A DNA stretch of 43,576 bases from an uncultured delta proteobacterium (GTDB lineage Bacteria > RBG-13-61-14 > DRUE01), in contig CAIYYW010000310.1 of NCBI GenBank assembly GCA_903930515.1, positions 1 to 43,576 of the forward strand. The letters run 5' to 3'. Positions 34,647 to 43,567 of the stretch are shown here, piece by piece (positions within the stretch are counted from its first letter, which is position 1; each line of letters starts with the position of its first letter). Under the pieces are notes generated by a model. The model worked only from the letters and a program-made list of their open reading frames with translations. It was not told the origin of the DNA and ran no database searches. The position numbers and the translations under genes are program-made.

Positions 34647-35361
34647 ACTCAAGTCAACCTTCCATCGAATCCGAGACGGATTCCTCCTCGCCGGGATCGG
34701 GTTGATCCTCGCCTCCCCCCATATTTACGACCAGGCATATTCCCTGGCGCCCCGGATGTTCACCCGGCCGGCCACGCCGGAAACAATGAAACTGTTCCTG
34801 CTCGGGCTGTTGATTCTCTATTTCTTCTCCCTGTTCCTGTTCATCCTGATCGGGATGCTGGCAAATAAACGGGCCGGCCTGGCCCCGTTCTCCTACCCGG
34901 GCTGGGGAAAAATTCTTCTCTCGCTGGCCCTGGGAATATTATTGATCCCGGTGAGTTACCTCCTTTATGACCACCTGGCCCTGGCCTTGATCCCCGAAGT
35001 CTATCCCCGGAAATTGTTTGTCGCCCTGATCTATCCCATCTCCGCATCCTTTCCCCAGGAACTCGCCACCCGTTTCGCCCTGCTCAGTCTGGCGGTCTGG
35101 ATTCTGGGAAAGAGTAAGCGGAAAAAAATCCTGGCCAACTTCCTGACCTCCCTGCTCCTGGCCGCTTTTGCCTGGGTGGATTTCTATCGCCTGGCGGGGG
35201 TCAGCCTGACCGGGATGGAAATCATCCTGTTCTGGACCGGGGTGGTGGTACTGAATATGGTCGCGGGAGCGCTTTATCTCAAAAACGGTTTTTGGTCCAG
35301 CCTGGCCTTTAAATTCGGGTTGATGCTCAAATTCCCCCTGTTCTTTTTACTCTTCTTTTAA
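34621..35361 (+). CDS. polytopic membrane protein, weak and degenerate CPBP/CAAX-protease-like pattern
   Basis: 246-aa ORF with about 6-7 TM segments. GGAGGA lies 5 nt upstream of the ATG. FPQELATRF loosely resembles CPBP motif 1, but the His motifs are not evident. Overlaps the HAD gene by 26 nt. Confidence 0.65.
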   Translation: MKPDPIKAELKSTFHRIRDGFLLAGIGLILASPHIYDQAYSLAPRMFTRPATPETMKLFLLGLLILYFFSLFLFILIGMLANKRAGLAPFSYPGWGKILLSLALGILLIPVSYLLYDHLALALIPEVYPRKLFVALIYPISASFPQELATRFALLSLAVWILGKSKRKKILANFLTSLLLAAFAWVDFYRLAGVSLTGMEIILFWTGVVVLNMVAGALYLKNGFWSSLAFKFGLMLKFPLFFLLFF

Positions 35362-35391
35362 TCCGGGGTTTGAGAGGCGGATAGGCTGATC

Positions 35392-35417
35392 GCCGGAAGA
35401 CAACAGTGTCTGCCGGC
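35392..35417. repeat. GC-rich hairpin between convergent genes, same family as those at 43468..43553
   Basis: GCCGGAAGACA-ACAG-TGTCTGCCGGC (11 bp with one mismatch). Read on the minus strand, the core is AGACA-CTGT-TGTCT, compared with AGACA-CTCT-TGTCT at 43.47 kb. No T-tract. Confidence 0.5.
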
Positions 35418-35450
35418 CAAGGTCGCGGCCCACCGACCGGCAGGTTGAGA

Positions 35451-37208
35451 TCAGAGCTTGGAAGCCTGGGTTGCGATCCGGTCGGTTTTTTGGGAAATGG
35501 CCTCGAGCTGAGCCAGGATCAGTTCCTTGGCGGCCATAGCCGCTTTTGAGATCAAGACCAATTCTTTTTTATCCTGGTTGCGGAGTTTGAATTCCACCGA
35601 ATCCTTGGCCAGGGTTTTATCTCCGACCAAAATCCGGAGCGGGATCCCGATCAAATCCGCATCCTTGAATTTCACCCCCGGGCTTTCCTCCCGGTCGTCC
35701 AAAAGCACTTCCAATCCCAGCTTTTCCAGCTCCGCGGCCAGATCGTCCGTGACCTTTCTCAATCGTTCGTCCTTATAATTGATAGGCAACAGATAGATCT
35801 GGAACGGGGCGATGCTTAAGGGCCAGATGATCCCGCTCGGGTCGTGGTTCTGCTCAATGGAGGCGGCCACGGTCCGGCTGGTGCCGATCCCGTAACAGCC
35901 CATTATGAAGAATTGTTCCTTGCCGTTCTGGTCCAGGAAGGTCGCGTTCATCGGTTTGGAATATTTCAGCCCGAGCTTGAAGATGTGTCCGACTTCAATG
36001 CCTTTATGGAAATGATACTCGGACCCGCAGCGGTTGCAAAAATCTCCCGGGACCACGACTCGGAGGTCGGCGATTTTGGCGGCCTGGAAATCGCGGGTTA
36101 AGTTGGTATTGAGCAAATGATAGTCCGGCTCGTTCGCGCCGGTGATGAAATTTTTCAAGAGCGCCACTTCCTGGTCCAGATAGATCGGGATTTTCAGCCC
36201 GACCGGTCCGGAGAAGCCGAGCGGGCCTTTGGTCAATTCCTGGATCCGTTCGGGAGTGGCCATTTCCAGCCGGTCGGCGTTGATCAGTCCCTGGAGCTTG
36301 TTGGGGTTGAGTTCGCGGTCTCCGCGCACCATCGCCGCGACCGGTCCTTTATCGCTCTCAAAGATCAGGGTCTTGACCAGGTTCGCCGGAGCCAGTTTCA
36401 AAAAGGCGCAGACTTCCTCTACCGTTCTCCGCCCGGGGGTATGAACTTTTTCCAAAACCTGTTCCGGGTCGGTCTCCGGTTTCGCCGCGGTTTTCACTTC
36501 CGCTTTTTCCAGGTTGGCCGCGTAACCGCATTTGGGACAGACCGCCAGCGTGTCCTCGCCGGTGTCGGCCAGGACCATAAACTCGTGGCTGAATTTACCT
36601 CCGATCGGGCCGGTCACGGCCTCCACCGCCCGGAACTCGAGACCGCACCTGGCAAAGATGCGCGAATACGCCGCATACATCCCCTGGTAACTCTTCTCCG
36701 CGCCGGGCTCGTCCGCGTCAAAGCTGTACGCATCCTTCATCCCGAACTCCCGGCCGCGCATCAGCCCGAACCGGGGCCGGATCTCGTCGCGGAACTTGTC
36801 CTGGATTTGGTAGAGGTTGACCGGAAGCTGACGCCAGCTCCGGAGCTGGCCCCGCACCAAATCCACGATCACTTCCTCGTGGGTCGGGCCCAGGCAGCTT
36901 TCGTGCTCGTGCCGGTCCTGGAACCGGAGCAATTCTTTCCCATACGCCTCCCAGCGGCCGGATTCTTTCCACAACTCGGACGGTTGAACCATCGGCAAAA
37001 AAACTTCCTGGGCGCCGGCCCGGTTCATCTCCTCCCGGATGATCTCCTCCACCTTGCGGAGCGCGCGCAACCCGAACGGGAGCCAGTTGTAAATGCCGGC
37101 CGCGAGCTTCTTGACCATTCCGGCCCGGAGCATCAGTTGGTGCGAGATCACCTCGGCTTCCGCCGGGCTTTCCCGGTAAGTGGGCAAATAATACCTGCTT
37201 AATTTCAT
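35451..37208 (-). CDS. proS: proline--tRNA ligase (bacterial type with INS editing domain)
   Basis: 585-aa ORF starting MKLSRYYLPTYRESPAEAEVISHQLMLRAGM, with class II motifs and a central insertion domain. Confidence 0.96.
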   Translation of the reverse strand: MKLSRYYLPTYRESPAEAEVISHQLMLRAGMVKKLAAGIYNWLPFGLRALRKVEEIIREEMNRAGAQEVFLPMVQPSELWKESGRWEAYGKELLRFQDRHEHESCLGPTHEEVIVDLVRGQLRSWRQLPVNLYQIQDKFRDEIRPRFGLMRGREFGMKDAYSFDADEPGAEKSYQGMYAAYSRIFARCGLEFRAVEAVTGPIGGKFSHEFMVLADTGEDTLAVCPKCGYAANLEKAEVKTAAKPETDPEQVLEKVHTPGRRTVEEVCAFLKLAPANLVKTLIFESDKGPVAAMVRGDRELNPNKLQGLINADRLEMATPERIQELTKGPLGFSGPVGLKIPIYLDQEVALLKNFITGANEPDYHLLNTNLTRDFQAAKIADLRVVVPGDFCNRCGSEYHFHKGIEVGHIFKLGLKYSKPMNATFLDQNGKEQFFIMGCYGIGTSRTVAASIEQNHDPSGIIWPLSIAPFQIYLLPINYKDERLRKVTDDLAAELEKLGLEVLLDDREESPGVKFKDADLIGIPLRILVGDKTLAKDSVEFKLRNQDKKELVLISKAAMAAKELILAQLEAISQKTDRIATQASKL

Positions 37209-37235
37209 TTTTAAACCTTTCCCGACTTTTGCCGG

Positions 37236-37264
37236 ATTTTAAATAAAAGCGGACCGGCGGTCAA
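37236..37264 (-). promoter_or_regulatory. candidate sigma70 promoter of proS
   Basis: Minus strand reads TTGACC, 17-nt spacer, TAAAAT. The ~30-nt leader contains GGGAAAGG before the ATG. Confidence 0.4.
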
Positions 37265-37282
37265 ATCATCAGCGGAACCAAA

Positions 37283-37879
37283 TCAGCCCGGCAGTTTTTT
37301 TCGCATCAGCATCCGGTAACCGGAGAAGCCCTGTTTTTGCCAGAATTCAACCCCGGCCCGGTTCTCGCTCAGGACCTGGAGATAAACCAGCTCAATCTGA
37401 TTTTCCCCGAACCAGTTCAGCGCCTGCCGGACCAGTTCCGAGCCTGCGCCCGCCTTCCGGTTTTGCTCTTCCACGAACAGGTCCGCGATGTATCCCGTCC
37501 GCTGAGGCTTGAAAATGGACGGGGGTGCCAAAGGCGGCTCCAATCGGGCCAGGAGGGAACCGAGTATTTTCCGCGCCACCCGGCGAGGACCGAGCCGTTC
37601 AAGCAGGGTATTCCTGGAGGGGGATTGCAGCCGCTTGATCCCGGTTCCGGAATAAATGTTCAGCCGGATGAACCCGATGGCCGACTCGCCGCGCAGGGCG
37701 AGCAGGATTTTATTGTTGCCCGCGGAAAGGAAACCCCTGACCAGTTTTTCAAAATCGGCCTCGGGAAAAATTTCCGCGAGCCGGTCGTAAGCCATCTGGC
37801 CGCGCATCAGCAGCTCGAACAATCCGGACAGGGCCGGGAGGTCGTCCAGGGTTGCCGGCCGGATTTTGGTTTCGGGCAT
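37283..37879 (-). CDS. GNAT-family N-acetyl/acyltransferase
   Basis: 198-aa ORF starting IRPATLDDLPAL. Acetyl-CoA binding-type segment VEEQNRKAGAGSELV. C-terminal FWQKQGF. Confidence 0.85.
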   Translation of the reverse strand: MPETKIRPATLDDLPALSGLFELLMRGQMAYDRLAEIFPEADFEKLVRGFLSAGNNKILLALRGESAIGFIRLNIYSGTGIKRLQSPSRNTLLERLGPRRVARKILGSLLARLEPPLAPPSIFKPQRTGYIADLFVEEQNRKAGAGSELVRQALNWFGENQIELVYLQVLSENRAGVEFWQKQGFSGYRMLMRKKLPG

Positions 37880-37881
37880 TT

Positions 37882-39186
37882 TTATTTTCCGGAGGCTTTA
37901 GGTTTTTTTTCGATTTCCTTTTTGAGCGCGTTGATCCCGACCAGGGCCTGGCATCCGAGCAGGGCGTGCTCTAGGGTGGGCTCGGTCTTGACCGCGTAAC
38001 TCAGGATCCAGCCCATTTTTCTGAGATCCGCGGTTGACCCGTTGAAGAACAGGGTCTTGCCGTCACTGGCAATCAGCCTGGAAAATCCCTGGGCCGGTTG
38101 GGCGCCTTCCTGGAAGGTTTCGCAGGTGACATAATCCGGTTTTTTCAGGATACATTCAGTGTCATACTTGAAACTGTAATCAAAGATCGCCAGGTCCATG
38201 CCGATTTCCCAATGGTATTTCGGGCCTTTCGCGCCCATCCCCAGGGAATCCACCTTTTGCGCCCCGGGCATGAATTCCGGGTACTTGAGGTAGTCCGTGA
38301 TCACCGACCAGACCCGGTCGCGGGCCGCGGAAGTAATGGCGCCGGCCGTGACATAAACCGTGGGGCCGTCTTCCAGCACCAGGATTTTTCCGCGCTCCAG
38401 GAATTTCTGCATGCTGTCCGGGTCCTGCGACAGTATCTCAAAAACCGGCTTGCCCTTTTTGGGCGCGACCAGTTTTCCGCCCGATGCTTTGTATCTCTTT
38501 TCGGCCTCGAATTTGGTGGCGCGGGTGACCATTACCGCGGTGCTGACATTGGTCATCATTTCCACCAGCGGGGCGCGGGTAAAAATCATCTTCAAAAACT
38601 TGCTCCTCGGCTCGGAATAGACCGAGTAGAAAGCCATGGTCCGGCCGTCCTCGGTCGGGATCAATTCCCAGAAGCCCACATTGATATTGAACTCTCCCCA
38701 CGAGTGCGCCCAGTCGGTCCGGTAGGGAGGCCGATCGTAATGGTACACGCCGTAATCCATAGTGTATTTGATGAAGGCCATCTTGACATTGATGTGGAAG
38801 GTCACATCGTGAAGGTTTTCGCCGACCTTTTTGGACTCGGCGCCGCCGGTCATGGGCACGAACTGGTTGTAATGCTCAAAATCGGAAAGGGTGGCGAAGA
38901 CCACCTCGGCCGGAGCGTTGACCATAATCCCGGCCGCGCTCATCCAAGGGACCACCGGCGGTTTGTCATAAAAAACAATCACCTGCCCCCGGTCCAGAAG
39001 GTTTTCCAGCAATCCCTTGTTGGCGCCCTCGGGCAAAATATGCTGGTTGTAGGTGATCCTCATCATCCGTTTGATTTCATCTTCGTTCTTCGGGACCGGC
39101 ACCCGGCCTTCCTGCGCTTGCAGCCGAAGGCTGAGGAAAAAAACGCCCAAAATCAAAAACCATTTGTTTCTGAAAAGGCTGCTCAT
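37882..39186 (-). CDS. secreted protein with two tandem SRPBCC/START-like domains (paralog B)
   Basis: 434-aa ORF. Signal peptide MSSLFRNKWFLILGVFFLSLRLQAQE. Two repeats of the SRPBCC pattern (I-x-AP-x-x-V ... DF-x-x-Y-x-x-F-x-P ... GFWEL). About half its residues are identical by eye to the upstream paralog. Confidence 0.8.
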   Translation of the reverse strand: MSSLFRNKWFLILGVFFLSLRLQAQEGRVPVPKNEDEIKRMMRITYNQHILPEGANKGLLENLLDRGQVIVFYDKPPVVPWMSAAGIMVNAPAEVVFATLSDFEHYNQFVPMTGGAESKKVGENLHDVTFHINVKMAFIKYTMDYGVYHYDRPPYRTDWAHSWGEFNINVGFWELIPTEDGRTMAFYSVYSEPRSKFLKMIFTRAPLVEMMTNVSTAVMVTRATKFEAEKRYKASGGKLVAPKKGKPVFEILSQDPDSMQKFLERGKILVLEDGPTVYVTAGAITSAARDRVWSVITDYLKYPEFMPGAQKVDSLGMGAKGPKYHWEIGMDLAIFDYSFKYDTECILKKPDYVTCETFQEGAQPAQGFSRLIASDGKTLFFNGSTADLRKMGWILSYAVKTEPTLEHALLGCQALVGINALKKEIEKKPKASGK

Positions 39187-39217
39187 AATTTCTCCTGTTT
39201 TTTCCGGTTAGTATCGC

Positions 39218-40534
39218 TCACTTTTTCTCAATTTTATCCTTGATGGAATTTAACACCAAAACGCCTTGGCTGGCAAGGCTGGCGTATTCCAGGGTCGGCT
39301 CCACCGAAAGCGCGTATTTGGGGATGCGGCCGATTGAGCGGAGGTCCGTGGTGGTTCCGTTGAAGACGATGGTTTTATTCTCAAGCGGGATCAGCTTCCA
39401 GAACCCCGGCGCCGGGCCGCAACAGGGCCGGTCAATCTGCCAGCTTACCAGGCCGGGCGGCGAGAACCGGTATTGCCATTGCGGGCTTTGCGAGAACTTG
39501 AACCCGGCCAAATCAAATTCCAGGTCCCACCGATAGGTCTCCCCGTTTTTTCCCGCGCCCAAATATTTCACACCTTTCACCCCCGGCATAAACTGCGGGT
39601 AATTTTTAAAATCCGTGATTTTACGAAAGGCGTCCTGGATTCCGGAATTGAGCAGGGTCCCGGCCACCAGGTAAACCGTGGGACCGGGAACCAGGAGCAA
39701 GAGCTTGCCGCGCTCCAAAAAAAGCGCCAGCGTTTTTGGGTCGCTGGTGAGAACTTTTTCCATCCCCGGCCAGTCCAGGGGTTTCGCCGGAACCGGCTTC
39801 AATCCCTGTCGCTTCTCGGCCTCCGCTTTCATCGCCTGCACGATCATCGTGGCCGTGCTGACATTGGTCATCATCTCCAGCGTGGGCTCGCGGGAATAGA
39901 TCATTTTCAAAAACCGGCTGCTCGGTTCGGAATAAATGGAATAAAAGGCCATCGTGCTTTTCTGGTCCGCGCTCGGGATCAGCTCCCAGAAGCCCACGCA
40001 CCGGTCAAACTCCCCCCAGGCCAAAGTCCAGTCCAGCCGATGCGGCGGCTGGCGATATGAATACAACCCGTAATCCATCCGGTAGTTAATGAACGCCAGC
40101 TTGACCTTGAGATGCAAGTCCTCCTGATAGACATTCTCAAATAATTTGTGGTCGTCAATCCCATCGGTCATCGGCACATATTCCGGATAGCGGGGATGGT
40201 CCATAATCACTTGATAAACCTTTTCCATCGGAGCCCGGATCAAAATCCCGGCCACACTCATCCAGGGAATTTCCTTCGGATGATCGTAAAACATAATCAC
40301 CTGGCCCATCAGAAGCATCTTCTCCAGCAAAACCGGGTCCGCGCCTTCCGGAAGCGCGCGCTCGGACAGGGTCACCCGCATCATCTTCTCCGCTTCCGCA
40401 AGATTCCCGGGCCGCGGGATTTGATTGAGGGAGATGGCGATTCCCGGGCCGAGCAATCCGATCAGCCCGGAAAATAAAATAAAGATGAAGGCTCTGACTC
40501 TACTCCAGTCCCATATCTTTAATCGCTTTGACAA
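39218..40534 (-). CDS. secreted/anchored protein with two tandem SRPBCC/START-like domains (paralog A)
   Basis: 438-aa ORF with a hydrophobic N-terminus. Shares long identical blocks with paralog B (PWMS.AGI, MDYG.Y.Y, VGFWELIPS, TMAFYS.YSEP, FLKMI, LEMMTNVSTA). Its start overlaps the PIG-L gene end by 35 nt. Confidence 0.8.
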   Translation of the reverse strand: MSKRLKIWDWSRVRAFIFILFSGLIGLLGPGIAISLNQIPRPGNLAEAEKMMRVTLSERALPEGADPVLLEKMLLMGQVIMFYDHPKEIPWMSVAGILIRAPMEKVYQVIMDHPRYPEYVPMTDGIDDHKLFENVYQEDLHLKVKLAFINYRMDYGLYSYRQPPHRLDWTLAWGEFDRCVGFWELIPSADQKSTMAFYSIYSEPSSRFLKMIYSREPTLEMMTNVSTATMIVQAMKAEAEKRQGLKPVPAKPLDWPGMEKVLTSDPKTLALFLERGKLLLLVPGPTVYLVAGTLLNSGIQDAFRKITDFKNYPQFMPGVKGVKYLGAGKNGETYRWDLEFDLAGFKFSQSPQWQYRFSPPGLVSWQIDRPCCGPAPGFWKLIPLENKTIVFNGTTTDLRSIGRIPKYALSVEPTLEYASLASQGVLVLNSIKDKIEKK

Positions 40535-41357
40535 TTTCTCCGCCGGCCAGCTCGTATCTAAAGGCCTCCGCGAATTGGTATCCGGCCTTCTTGCCGATCT
40601 CTCCGCAATACATTTTCACCATCAGGTCAATCACTCCCCGGTAATTGTTCCGGTCCAGGCTGGCGGTGGTTTTGGGGGCCACCTTATTGGCCTGGAGGGC
40701 CAGCTTCATTTCGTCAATGGTCAGCTTCATCTGGCTGTCGTGGGCGCAGAGCGCCTCAATTTTTTGGTCAATGAAATTGCTGATGTCAATAATGGTGTCG
40801 GCGTGGACATTGGCCTTGGCGAAATAATATACCTCCGCAACCAGGTGCGGCTTCAATCCCTTTTTGAAATGCTCGGGATAAAATTTCGGGTTCTGGGAAA
40901 AGCCGATTGCCTCAACTGCGGCCTGAGCCACCATCTGATGGTCCGGGTGCGGCTCGAACGGGGCCCAGGGATCAAAGGTGAAAACGATCCGGGGCTTGTA
41001 GGTCCGGATCAGCTTGATAAATTTCTCCCGCAGATGGTTGAGCCGGTAGTCGCGGAGCATCCCGTCCGGGTATCGCAAAAAAATCACATCCTTCTTGCCC
41101 AGAATTTTCCCCGCCGCCAAAGCCTCGGCCTCGCTGTCCTTGATCAGTTGTTTGGCGGGAAGGTCAAAGCTGCCCCGCTGATTATCCGTGGCGATCACCT
41201 CAAAAATCTCCCAGCCCTCGCCGGCGAATTTGGCCACCGTGCCCCCGGCCAGAAATTCGGTGTCGTCCGCATGCGCGACCAGGAGCAGAATTACTTTATC
41301 AGTGGCCGGCATATATTTTTTCGGCTCGGCTTTTTTCCGGCTTTTTCTTCCCGCCAT
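40500..41357 (-). CDS. PIG-L/LmbE-family de-N-acetylase
   Basis: 285-aa ORF. VILLLVAHADDTEFLAGG matches the AHPDDE-type zinc motif, and HPDHQMV is present downstream. AGAAGGGA SD-like sequence lies before the ATG at 41357. Confidence 0.85.
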   Translation of the reverse strand: MAGRKSRKKAEPKKYMPATDKVILLLVAHADDTEFLAGGTVAKFAGEGWEIFEVIATDNQRGSFDLPAKQLIKDSEAEALAAGKILGKKDVIFLRYPDGMLRDYRLNHLREKFIKLIRTYKPRIVFTFDPWAPFEPHPDHQMVAQAAVEAIGFSQNPKFYPEHFKKGLKPHLVAEVYYFAKANVHADTIIDISNFIDQKIEALCAHDSQMKLTIDEMKLALQANKVAPKTTASLDRNNYRGVIDLMVKMYCGEIGKKAGYQFAEAFRYELAGGEIVKAIKDMGLE

Positions 41358-41418
41358 TTTTCCCTTCTTCTTCGTGGCGCGTCCCGCGTATTCCGCGGGA
41401 TTGTCTGCGTCCGCAGTT

Positions 41419-42231
41419 TTAGGACATCAAGGTTTTTTCCGCCAGGAATTTCGCCGCCATCGGGGCTTCCAGCTTCGGGTTTTTGCCTTCGTATTCAATG
41501 GACAGGTATCCGTCATACCGGGCCTGGTCCAGGATTTTGAAAATCTTGTCCCAGTCCTGCTTCTTGTCCCTGCCGGTCTCGTCAACTTGGTAAAATTTCG
41601 CGTGCACCATCATCGTGTAAATCATCGCCTTTTCCAGGGCCGCGTATCCGTTCACCTCCGCGGTGTCCACCAGGTAGTCGCCGGTGTCCAGGCAGATCCG
41701 GAGCCAGTCCGAGCCGACCTCGTCAAGGATCCGGAACAGGTCGTCCACGGTTTTGGTGAAGCCCAGATGGTTATGGTTCTCCAGCACCAGCATCACGCCG
41801 GCGTCTTCCGCCTTTTTGGACAGGCGCTGCAAACACTGGATCATCTCCGGCCAGAGCCGCTGCTTCTCCGCTTCATATTTGGCCGGATCGTGTTGTCCGG
41901 GCCAGCCCGCCAATACCCGGAGCATCTTCGCCCCGAACCAGTTCGCGATCGGGATCCATTTCTCCACCAGCTTCTCGCTCTCCATCCGCGCCCCCGGGTC
42001 CGCTTTTCCGAAATCGCTGCTTACCGAGCAGATCGGGATTTCCAGGCCCAGGTCCGCGATCAATTTTTTCAAGCTGGTGACATATTCCCGGTTCAGGCTG
42101 GGGAAATGAATATCCAATAACTCCACACCGTCCAGCCCCAGCTCCTTGCAATGCTTCACCCAGCTCAACTGATCCATCTCCTTGGACTGGAACAGCGGAT
42201 GATACGACCAGCTACTCATGCCAATTTTCAT
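41419..42231 (-). CDS. sugar phosphate isomerase/epimerase (xylose isomerase-like TIM barrel)
   Basis: 270-aa ORF. MKIGMSSWSY..., LGLDGVELL, VLENHNH and DTGD are typical of the AP_endonuc_2/IolE-like TIM barrel. Confidence 0.85.
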   Translation of the reverse strand: MKIGMSSWSYHPLFQSKEMDQLSWVKHCKELGLDGVELLDIHFPSLNREYVTSLKKLIADLGLEIPICSVSSDFGKADPGARMESEKLVEKWIPIANWFGAKMLRVLAGWPGQHDPAKYEAEKQRLWPEMIQCLQRLSKKAEDAGVMLVLENHNHLGFTKTVDDLFRILDEVGSDWLRICLDTGDYLVDTAEVNGYAALEKAMIYTMMVHAKFYQVDETGRDKKQDWDKIFKILDQARYDGYLSIEYEGKNPKLEAPMAAKFLAEKTLMS

Positions 42232-42331
42232 CCATCTCCCTCCTGACTAATTCCAACTTAGCCGAAACTTGCTAAAAATCAAAATGGAAAGTCCGGGTTT
42301 ACGGGTTTCCGAGGTCTTAAACCCGGAACAG

Positions 42332-43330
42332 TTATCTGGTCGGCTGCCAGACAAAAGTTCCGGTCTTGTCAATATATCCGAGCTTGTCCTTGAACTCCAC
42401 CCGGGCCAGGCCCAGAATGAATTTATCCGCGGCGTCAAACTTGGGCTCAACCGCCAGCTTGCCGCTCTTATTGAGGTAGCACCATTTCTCAAGCATCTTC
42501 GCCGGGGCGAGTCCGTCGGAAAAATATCCGGCATCGTCATACTCCGGGTTGATCGCGAATTTGCCGTTCTTCCCGAGGTATCCCCATTTCTGGCCGATTC
42601 TTACCGCGGCCAAGCCGTCGGAAAAATCGCGTGCCTGGTCAAACTGGGGGTTGATGATGATCTTGCCGAAGTTGTTGATGTATCCGAACTTGGTCCCGAT
42701 CCTGACGCCGGCCAATCCCTCGGAAAAATCAGAGGCTTCTTCAAACTGGGGGTTGATGGTAATCTTCCCGAACCGGTCAACATATCCCCATTTCTCCCCG
42801 ATCAGCGCCTTGGCCAATCCGTCGTAAAAATCGCCGCATTCCGCGAACTGCGGGTTGATCGCGATCTTTCCGAAAGTGTCCACATATCCCCATTTATCTC
42901 CGACCTTCACCCTGGCCCGGCCTCCGGAAAAATTACCGGCTTCCTCAAATTGCGGGTTAATCGCGAACACGCCGTTCTTGTCAATGAATCCGAATTTGTT
43001 TCCCAGCTCCTCGGCGTTCACCAGCGCCAGCCCCTCGGAAAAATCAGCCGCGTCGTAAAACTGCGGGTTGATCGCGAGCTTGCCGGTCCGGTTCACATAC
43101 GCCCATTTGCCCTCCACCGCGCCTCCGACCTTGACCCGGGCCAGCCCCTGCGAGAACCCGTAGGCCTCGTCAAACTGAGCCTTGATCGCCATCTCCCCGC
43201 TCTTCTTGATGTATCCCCATTTGCCGAATTGCCGGACCGGATAGAGACCGATCAAATCCTGAGGGCGCGCCGAATAAACCGCGAAACCCAGCAGAATCAC
43301 CCCGGCAAAACCGGCCATAATCTTCTTCAT
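42332..43330 (-). CDS. WG-repeat (KWG) protein, secreted
   Basis: 332-aa ORF with a signal peptide, then about nine ~37-aa repeats of the pattern KWGY(I/V)(D/N)xxGKxAINPQF(D/E)xAxDFSEGLAxV. AGGAGG SD lies 8 nt upstream. Confidence 0.88.
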   Translation of the reverse strand: MKKIMAGFAGVILLGFAVYSARPQDLIGLYPVRQFGKWGYIKKSGEMAIKAQFDEAYGFSQGLARVKVGGAVEGKWAYVNRTGKLAINPQFYDAADFSEGLALVNAEELGNKFGFIDKNGVFAINPQFEEAGNFSGGRARVKVGDKWGYVDTFGKIAINPQFAECGDFYDGLAKALIGEKWGYVDRFGKITINPQFEEASDFSEGLAGVRIGTKFGYINNFGKIIINPQFDQARDFSDGLAAVRIGQKWGYLGKNGKFAINPEYDDAGYFSDGLAPAKMLEKWCYLNKSGKLAVEPKFDAADKFILGLARVEFKDKLGYIDKTGTFVWQPTR

Positions 43331-43465
43331 CGCCCAAACCTCCTGAAATTACTCTCTCCGTGTATTTTACTTGTAGTTAGGACTTGAATCAAGGCCAACA
43401 TTAGTAGCGCGATCCATTGCAAATCAGCTTAAGTCTGCGAGCGCCTTTAGTCGTAATAGATTCGT

Positions 43466-43567
43466 GGCGCAGACACTCTTGTCTGCGATTCTGCTTTGAA
43501 TACTCCTCTGGGGCGCAGACACTCTTGTAGGGGGCGGGACACTCTTGTCCCGCGTTTGAATACTCCT
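43466..43567 (+). repeat. tandem array of hairpin + TTTGAATACTCCT modules (truncated by window end)
   Basis: GGCGCAGACACTCTTGT occurs at 43466 and 43512. Hairpins are CGCAGACA-CTCT-TGTCTGCG (43468..43487) and GCGGGACA-CTCT-TGTCCCGC (43534..43553). TTTGAATACTCCT occurs at 43495 and 43555. Confidence 0.7.
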
